DNA from: the human T2T-CHM13v2.0 reference genome, Homo sapiens
Reading direction: 5' to 3' (one strand)
Length of the DNA stretch: 64,000 bases
Assembly (NCBI RefSeq): GCF_009914755.1
Contig: NC_060928.1
Each line of letters starts with the position of its first letter. The first letter of the stretch is position 1. Position numbers and translations under genes: made by a program. A model generated the notes under the pieces. It was not told where the DNA came from, made no database searches, and was given only the letters and a program-made list of their open reading frames with translations. Positions 52,951-64,000 of the stretch are shown piece after piece.

Positions 52951-55939
52951 AAGATAACTGGGCCAGATGTGTTATGAGTTTGGTGAATTTATATAAATTT
53001 TTTGACAAGTATTTTATATCAAGTTGCATTCTTGGAGAAAATGAGAAGAGGAATTTACTAGCAATATTCATGAATTGAAATATTTTTGTACTCTGCCTTC
53101 CACTCACCTGCACATCAAGAGATAAGAAATGATCTATTTATATAAAATGAATTGAAATATATATTTTATTTATATTTCTCCACCTTCTGCATAAAATATT
53201 TTTATTGAAGGCTTTTATGGTGTTCATTACAATGCCTAAAAGTCAAGGTATCAACTCTAATTTCTCATTTATTATACTACAATGTAGATTTTTGTTGAAA
53301 ATAACTGTAATGACATCAATGCATATCATTTTGACCCTCGAGAATTAAATTTTTTGATGTTAATTATTCATAAACACACCTTGTCTGAGCTCATTTGAAA
53401 AATTAAAAAATGAAATCATGTCTCAGCAATGTACCCAGGGTACCTGCTACCTCTGTAAAACATTCTGACTCTCTAAAATTTAATTATTGCTTCCTTACTT
53501 ATATCTACATGCTACCCACTCAAATAATATTTGTTGCATTGATTTCTCTCTTTCAATTAATCCCTGCAAACAGGTTTCTTCCAGAAATATTGGGTGATTG
53601 TGCATATTGTTAACTGAAATAAATTCTGTATCCTGCATTTCACCTTGTTGCCATTATGAAATGTCAACCAATCACATTACTGACAGATGTTGTTTCATTC
53701 TACATTTCCATAGATCTAATAATATCTTTCTTTTTAATTGTCTCTTCTTGAGACAATTGTGTCCAGGTGAATGATAGGGATAAGACAACTAATTGACACC
53801 TATTAGTTTATGTGGAAAGGCCTGGGGCATAAGTAATCAAGCAAATTTTGCACTTTCTCTTTCATTTTTCCCCTCACTTAAGACTCATAATTATATTCTA
53901 ATCCTCAAGATTCAAATCAGTGAAGAATTTCTTGATCTGGTCAAGCAAAATTAATCATCCCTCTTTTTGTTTCATGACTGAATGTAACAGTAGCACTCTT
54001 TTTATAAATTCTACTTTTGTGTGAAAAATTGAAGAAAAAGTTTTAATACATGGTAGTTTCTAAAACCTACTGACATTCTTGAAAAACTCCATTTAACAGA
54101 ATCATTGGTACCTGATCAAGCAAATACAACCAAAGCACGGTTGCCAAGTGCTGATGGAATAAGGAAAATGGAAGCAGAGATTCTTGGGCAGTGAGGCTGT
54201 CCTGACTGGGAGGCTGAATTGTCAAGGATGTCTAGCACACATATTGAGATGACCCATCTCTCTGTAAACCTAGTACAGATTAACTTTGTACACATACTCA
54301 TCTACACAATAAAAAAAACTGATAGCTCTCAATAATTGAATATTCATTTAAAAATTTCCCTGGATGGATTTACTCAGTATAAATAAGTTCAGTATAAATA
54401 AGCTCAGGGAAGAAGGAATCTCAACTTCTTCATGCAGTGTTTTTCAAAGAGAATAAAAGTCATAAAGAAGTTTGCATACATGCAGAATATTAGAAACCTT
54501 TAGATCAGGCTAGAGATGGTTACCATGAGGCATGCAATTTTTGGTTCTCTATCTTGGTTGAAGTCACTATGTAGATATTAAAAATGGCAGTGCTTAGAGT
54601 GTGGCTTTGAATCTTATGATTTATTTCTTTCTTAGATATTTTCTTCAGGAGTTTTCCCATGTGCAATCAGTATACTTGCCACTTTTCAAAATTTATTAAA
54701 ACAGGGTCCTTGTATGGTTTCAGCACTCTGTCCCACACAATTAGTAGTAATTTTTATTTTCCATTATAGAGCCATTGATTACTTTTCCACATCAGTCTCT
54801 AACTGAACTAGACATTAAAAGTGAATTCTTGTTGAGTCACACAAAGCAACATTGAGAGTTATTTCGCAGCAAAGCTTTGGTGATGTTGACCTTATTTATT
54901 GCTCAATGTAAAACTTAATGTAAAACTCAGTATGGTCAGTTTCATAAAAATCAGGGCAAGACTGCAGACAGACTGCTTGATTCATTCCTTACCACAAGGA
55001 ATGGACATGTATTTTCAATTCCAAGTAAGCAGTTAACATCTGTATGTTATGGCCTTTCCAAAAACCTGACAGGAATGTCATCAATGAAACTGAGAAGAAA
55101 ATATTTTTGACAGACTTTTTCTTTGGCTTTCATTTTATTCCACTTGCCAAATTCAAAAAGAAAAAAAAATTCTTTCCTGTACTTTCCAGATATTTACTTT
55201 ATTTAAAGAATGAGGAAATATGGGATCAATGGCAAAAGACAGGGTTGCAAAATGAGCTGCTGTAATAATCAAAATTAAGGGATAACTTATAGTCTTGGCC
55301 ACAACCATTACCTAGGGTACTGAGTTAACCTTGAAATAATAGAAGAAACTAAGGGAAGGATTTTTAACAATAGCTACAATCCCCTGTACTATTTGACAAC
55401 TTAAATGTGTCAAATTTATATTTTCCAGGGTGTAAGTTTGAGCAACCTGTGTGTGTGTGATTCAGGGTACAACATCACCAAATTATTCTTCATCTTAATG
55501 AGATTAACCTCATAATCTATAAAAAGGAAACTTTGTTTTTCTGTTATATACTGTGACTAGGCTCAGAGTAAAAGATCCTTATGAGTTTAACCTCATAACT
55601 ACATTGCCCTACATTGCCATACATTGCCATCAGGAAGCTGCCAAATAGCTACTAAGTATAAGAGCTAGAATGTGAACCCAAGTCTTATTTAACTCCTTAA
55701 CTCCAGAGTCTTTCTGTGTAATGACTACACAATCCAAATTCATAAGGAAAAGTGAAAGATGTTTCCTAATATGTAATGTGACCAGGGGATGTGTGTTAAT
55801 CAATAGCCTACCAACCAAGTCTCCCAAATCTCCTCTGCTACTCTTTTCATTCATCCAGGATATTAACATTCATTCATTACATTGAAGCAAAAATAGGCTT
55901 ACAAATAGGCACATCAAACAATTTTACTCTTCTGTTTTC

Positions 55940-56370
55940 TTTGTAATTTCTTCTTATGAAAAATTTCAACCATATCCAAAAGTAAACAATTACATAAGGA
56001 ATTCCCTTGTGCACAGCTTCCAATTCATGGTCAATCTTCCCTTCCTGTTTCATATTATTTGAAAACAAATTTCACTCAATATGACATTTCATCTATAAAT
56101 ATTTCTATAGTTGTATTTCTAAAGTTGTATTTCTATAATATAAAGACTTAAAATCATAGCAACAATATCAATATGAACCTAAATAAATTATATTTCTTTA
56201 ATATCATAAAGTATCTTATCAGTGTTCAAATTACCCTGATTGTCTCAAAATTTATTTTTAAAAGTTGATTAGTTTGATACAGGATCAAGTAAGTTCCATA
56301 CCTTATTGCTAATTTGTATGTGTCTTAAATCTCTTTTAATTTATAGATTACCCCATAACATCTTCCCCTG
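55940..56370 (-). mobile_element. Old L1M 3'UTR fragment (L1MC-like)
   Basis: ttatgaaaaatttcaaccatat...tattatttgaaaacaaat...tcagtgttcaaattaccctgattgtctc. Confidence 0.55.
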
Positions 56371-56376
56371 CCCCCA

Positions 56377-59300
56377 GTACAAGAAGCATAGAAGTCTCCA
56401 ATGAAACTCAACCCAAAGAGGTGTTCACCAAGACACATAATAATCAAAACAAACAAAAAAAAAACAAAGAAAAAAATCTGAGGACAGCAGGAAATGAAAT
56501 ACACATCACATACAAAAGAGTGTCAATATAACTATCAGCAGAAACTCTGCAGGCCAGTTGACAATGGAATCATATATTAAAAGAGCTCAAGGGGGAAAAA
56601 AACCCTGACAAACAAGAATACTTTATGCAGCAAATCTGTATTTCAGAAATAAGGAAGAAATAAAAATGTTACCAGACAAATAAAAGCTAAGGAAGATCAT
56701 CACCACCAGACCTACCTTACAGAAATAACTAAAGAAAATTCTTTAAGCTGAAAAAAGGCTGCTAATTAATAACATAAGACATACAAAAGCATGAAACTCA
56801 AAGATGTAAGTCATATAGAGCCACATTCATAATACTTTAGGATTGTAATGATGGCATGTAAAGCAATTTTATTTCTAGCACAAGGATTAAAATATAAAAC
56901 TATGAGTATCAACTATAGCTAAAATAAATTTTCAAGAGATGCACATTACAAAATGATGTAAATTATGACATCAAAAACATAAAAGGGAGCGATAGTAAAA
57001 ATGTAGAGTTTGTTGCATGCAATCAAAATTAAGTTACTATCTGTTTTACACAGGCTGTTATAAGTTCTGGGTAAGCCTCATGGTGACCACAAAGCCAAAA
57101 TGTTTAGTATAAGAACAAAACAAAAACAGAAAAAATTCAAAGCATACCACTACAAAAAACCATCAAGCCACAGAGGAAGATAGCAAGAGAGAAAGAAACA
57201 AAATATCTATACAATAACCAGAAAATAATGAACAGAATGGCAGTATTAAGTAGTTACCTATCAATAATTACCTTGAATGTAAATGGATTAAATTTTCTAA
57301 TAAAAAGACATAGACTGACTAAATGAATCAAAAAACATGATCCAACTATTTGCTGCCTGTAAGAGACTCGCCTCACTTTTAGAGACATACATAGTCTGAA
57401 AGTGAAGGGAAAGAAAAAGATATTCCATATAAATGGAAACCAAAAGAAAGCAGGCATAGCTATACTTTTATCAGGCAAAATAGACTTTAAGTTGAGAAAA
57501 CTGTAAATAGAGACAAAAAAGAACATTATCTAATAATAAAGGGGTCAATTCATCAAGAAGATATAACAATGGTAAATATATATGCACCCAACATCAGAGC
57601 ACCTAAATATATTAAACAAATATTAAAGAACATGAAGGGAGAGAGAGATATATAATACTAGTAGGGTATTTCAATACTCCACTTTCCACAGTGAACAGAC
57701 CATCAAGACAGAAAATTAATAAGGAAACACTGGACTGACTTGAACAACACTTTAGACTAAATAGACCTAACAGACACATACAGAACATTCTATCCAACAG
57801 AAACAGAATATACACTCTTCTCAAGCATACATGGAACATTTTCCGAGGTAGTTCATATGGCATGTCACACGACAAGTCTTAATAAATTAAATAAGATTGA
57901 ATGTCAAGTGCTTTTCCAATTACAATGGTCTGAAACTAGAAATCAGTAACAGGAGGAATTTCAAAAAAATTCACATATACATGAAAATTAAACATATTGC
58001 TGAATAACCAATGGTTCAATAAAAAAAGGGAATGTTAAATTTTTTCTGGAGACAAAAGAATAAAAACACAACATGCTAAAATTTATGGAATAACAACTCT
58101 GGCAAAAACAGTCCTAAGAGGAAAGTTTCTAGCAATAAAAACTTACATTAAAAAAGAAGAAAGATTTCAAACAATCAACTTAATGTTATTCCTCAAAGAA
58201 GTAGGAAAAAAGGAGAAACTAAGCCCAAAGTTAACAGAGGGAAGGAGACAATAAAGATCCAAGCAGAATTAATTAAACATAGACTAGATAAACAATCCAA
58301 AAGATCAATAAACTAAGAGTTCGTTTTTTGAAAATATAAAATCAGCAAACCATTAGCTAAAATAAGAAAAAAGAGAAAAGATTAAAATAAATAAAGTCAA
58401 AAATGAAAGAGGAGACTTTATAAATGATACCAAAAAAAATCATGACACTACAATGAACAATCATATACCAACAAAGTGGATAATCTAGAAGAAATGGACA
58501 AATTTCTAGAAACAAAATACCAGGGCTGAATTGTGAAGAAATGAAAATTGGAACACACCACCAATAATGAGTAAGAAGATTGAATCAGTAATGAAAAGTT
58601 TCCCATCAAAGAAAAGCCCAAGACCTGATGGTTTTATTGCTAAATTCTACCAAACTTTTAAAGAAGATTAATATAACATCAATCCTTAAACTCTTCCAAA
58701 AAACTGAGAGCAAGAAATACTTTCAAACTCCTTTTTGCAAGGCCAGCATTTTCTGGATATTAAAGCCAGATAGGGATACCACAAGAAAAGAAAATTGCTG
58801 GTCAATATCCTTAATGAACATAGGTGCAAAAATTCTCAACAAAATACTGACAAATCAAATTCAAGAGTGTATTAAAAAGATGGGATTTACCTGTGATATG
58901 GAATGGGTTTTCAACACACATAAATCAATAAATGTGCTATAACACATTAACAGAATGAAGGACAAACCGCACAATCATCTGATTAAATGCAGACAAAGTA
59001 TTGACAAAGTTCAATATCCTTTTAAAATAAACACACCAAATTAGGGGTTGAAGGAAAATACCTCAACACAATAAAGGACCTATGTGAGAAGGCCACAAGT
59101 AACATACTCAACAGTGAAAAATTGAAAGCCTTTCTTCTAAGATTTGAAATAAAGATACCCACTCTTACGGTTTCTGCTTAACATAGTATTGGATGTCCTT
59201 GTCAGAGCAATTAGGCAAGAGAAAGAAATAAAAAACATCCAAATAGAGAAGCAAAAGTAAAATTGTCCTTGTTTGCTAATGACATGATCTCATATATAGA

Positions 59301-60215
59301 AAACCTTAAAGACTCTACCAAAATGCTGTTAGAACTAGTAAATGAATTCCATAAAGTTGCATGACACAAAATAAACATACAAAAATTAGTAGTATTTCTA
59401 TACACTATGAACTATCTGAAAAAGAAATGAAGAGAAAAATTCCATTTACAATTGTTACAATAAATAGGAATACATTTAACCAAGGAGGTAAAAGACATGT
59501 ATACTGAAAACTATAAAACATTGATGAAAGGAATGGAAAAAGACAAAAATTAATGGATTTTGTTCATAGATTGGAAGAATTAATATTGTTAAAATGACTA
59601 TATTGCACAAAGCATTCTACAAATTCAATGTAAACCCTATCAATATTCCAATGACAGTTTTCACAGAAATAGAAAAAAAAGTTCTGAAACTTATATGAAA
59701 CAAACAAAAAAAATCCCTGAATAGTTAAGGCAATCATGAGCAAAAAGAACAAAGCTGGAGGTATCTCACTAGCCGATTTCAAACTGTACTACAAAGCTAT
59801 AATAATTATAGTAGCATGTTACTGGCATTAAAATAGACACATCAACAAATGTAACATAGTAGAAAGCCCAGAAATGAACCAACATATGTACAATCAATTG
59901 ATTTTCAACATAGGTGCCAAGAATACACAACGAGAAAAGATAGTCTTGTCAATAAATGTGTTGGAAAAACTGGATATCCACATGTAGAACAATAAAATTG
60001 GATCCTTACATCACACAGTGCACAATAATAAACTCACAATGTGTTAAACACTGAAACATAAGACTAGAAACTGTAAAACTGCTATAAGAAAACCCCAGGA
60101 GAAAAACTACACAACATTGGTCTGGACAATAATTTTTTTTTATTTGACCCCAAAAGCACAGGCAACAAAAATCAACAAACAGGATTACTTCAAACTAAGG
60201 AGCTGGTACACAGGA
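56377..60215 (+). mobile_element. Decayed L1MA-type element: ORF1 C-terminus, long inter-ORF spacer, most of ORF2; 3' end missing
   Basis: ORF2 start atggcagtattaagtagttacctatcaataattaccttgaatgtaaatgg at about 57237; ISLMNIGAKILNKIL (track 58628..58942); ttgtttgctaatgacatgatc (FADD-like). Confidence 0.92.
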
Positions 60216-60219
60216 AAAT

Positions 60220-60345
60220 AAATGTATTTTTGTATATGGTGTAAAATAAAGACCCAATTTCATTCTTCTGCATATGGGTATCCAGTTTTCCCAACATCAG
60301 TTATTGAAGAGACTATCTTTTTCCTGTTGTGTATTCTTTTTGTTG
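60220..60345 (-). mobile_element. Short antisense L1 ORF2 fragment homologous to about 59935-60040
   Basis: tatccagttttcccaacatcagttattgaagagactatct is the antisense counterpart of agatagtcttgtcaataaatgtgttggaaaaactggata. Confidence 0.8.
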
Positions 60346-60569
60346 TGGGAGAAATGGAACCCTTCCTCCTATGAGCATCTATCTTCTTATTTCCAAAGAG
60401 AGAGAAAAGTCCATTCCTCAAACAAAAGCTAAGGTTTGAAGAATAACTATTACAAAGTATCAAAGTACATTACCAAATTTTATTTTGAATGATGCCCAAG
60501 ACATTGTAGTAATGAACTCTGTTCGGTATTTGGAAAACAAATGATAGAAGCTTAGCAGTACACAGGCAT

Positions 60570-60760
60570 ACAAGTTATTTCTGCACAGTGTTTGAATTTC
60601 AGTTCCTCCAGTTACTAACTTTGTGATCTTGCATGGGCTATTAACTTTCTGAGCCTTAGTATCTTTTGCTGTAGTCTACCTCTCTCATTGGTTTACTGGG
60701 GAATTAAATGAAGTCACCATAAAGAAAGAGCCTTGGACAGTGCTTGGTATATAGTGGCAT
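60570..60760 (+). mobile_element. MIR
   Basis: tttgaatttcagttcctccagttactaactttgtgatcttgcatgggctattaactttctgagccttagt. Confidence 0.65.
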
Positions 60761-61639
60761 AGAATATAATTGCTCTTTCCTGAGATGCTTCTAGAATGAA
60801 ATTCTAGAATGGAAGCTGTAGTCTTGGGTGTCAGGCATATATTGGTTTAATTTTAATCTGGATTTCATGCCCCCTTAGTCTCGAGTTCTACATAAGAAAG
60901 ACAATGCATGAGGAATCCAAAAGCTCAGAAAGGTAAGCACTTGGTATTTACAATTCCTACAACTATTTGAATCTGGTACTGCAGGACTAAGTAAACTACC
61001 AGGTCTTGTGATTCACTTAAATCAACAAAGAAATACTGAAAGATCTGAAATTATAAACTTTGTTTTGCCATTCTTGGAGCATTCCATAGTGTCATTATAG
61101 TTCCCAATAAAACGAAACATATATGTGAAGAATAATCTTTAGCAACACATCACATTAATAAAAAAAATCTGGTCCACCAAGAAACATCCTGTTATTACTA
61201 GATCATTGTACATGCCCTCTAAATGAAAGTTTTTGTCTTTTAAAAGAAATGAGGCAGATTTTCCAGTGGTCTTTAGCTGACATCTTCGGTCAGCTATGCA
61301 TGGGGCACAGCTGTAAGCTCATCCTTCAAGTTTCCAATTTGTCACTGGATTTTTATTTTTATTTTTGCCAAAAACAAGATGTAATTATGATAATTCATAA
61401 GCTTGTAACAATAGCCAGAAAACACATTATGACAATAAAAACAAAATCAAACAAAATTCCCACTTTTAACACCATCTACCCACCCACTCAAAATAATTTG
61501 GGTTGTGACCGTGGCATAACTTGATTATTTGAATCACAATTGTGATTTAGAATTTAACTTAGGCAAGATAAATAAGACGTGATTTCACCAAAGTGTAGCA
61601 TTTTTAATTGGTAAACATGAGAGGCATCCCACTATAAGG

Positions 61640-61830
61640 AAAAGAGTGTGATCTTTGGAGATAGAAGGCCTACATTAGGGACTTCACTTGGCAATCTGCT
61701 AGCTTTGTGATCTTCTGCAAGAAACTACCTTTCCAAGCTCTCTGCCCTGATGAGCAAAATTGGGAGATAAACACATTTCAAGGTTTTGTGGCAATCACAA
61801 AAGTAGGTCAAAGTACCTGGAAAAGAGTAA
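61640..61830 (+). mobile_element. MIR
   Basis: ctgctagctttgtgatcttctgcaag...aaaattgggagataa. Confidence 0.5.
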
Positions 61831-62098
61831 ATAAATGTTCCCATCTGCAGTATAATCATAAAATTATTTACTACTATTAGGAATACGATAGGGAGCAATA
61901 AACTTAGTACTGCTATCCTGAGAGAGAAAAAATTTTATAGAAATATGAATGTGCTAGTAACACAAAATGAAAAGTAGACATTGTATTATACTTTTCATAG
62001 ATTAATAAATACGAGCATGTATTTCCTCCAGGAGAAAATACATATTGATTTCCAGAGAGTGATGGAAGTCTTTTAAAATATAAATTATAATAATAAAT

Positions 62099-64000
<1,902 letters not shown>

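Noticed and set aside
60789-60809. TTCtaGAA x2 as a heat-shock element
   Set aside because: The two units are separated by 5 nt rather than 2, so the nGAAn pentamers are out of phase; a simple 13-bp duplication explains it.

Overview
AT-rich primate (human-like) genomic DNA: it contains AluY/S/J, L1PA, THE1/MST/MLT, MER4, Tigger1 and MER2 elements, plus old L1M, L2 and MIR fragments. I see no CpG island, RNA gene or protein-coding gene I can name, and nearly all track ORFs are repeat-derived or chance frames. The best non-repeat signal is a candidate + strand spliced unit at about 40.35-51.2 kb. It has a TATA-like box inside a perfect 24-bp palindrome, a strong-context ATG, canonical GT-AG exons whose frame stays open across every junction (79 aa, or 142 aa with an optional exon), and poly(A) signals. 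This model is inferred from motifs only; it may be an already annotated lncRNA or small ORF gene, or a chance arrangement. Other notable items are two twin-primed L1s sharing the same inversion breakpoint, a tailless L1 5' fragment with a clean TSD, a fold-back palindrome cluster, and an AP-1/repeated-motif enhancer candidate. Repeat subfamily calls come from recalled consensus features, and boundaries of old elements are approximate.
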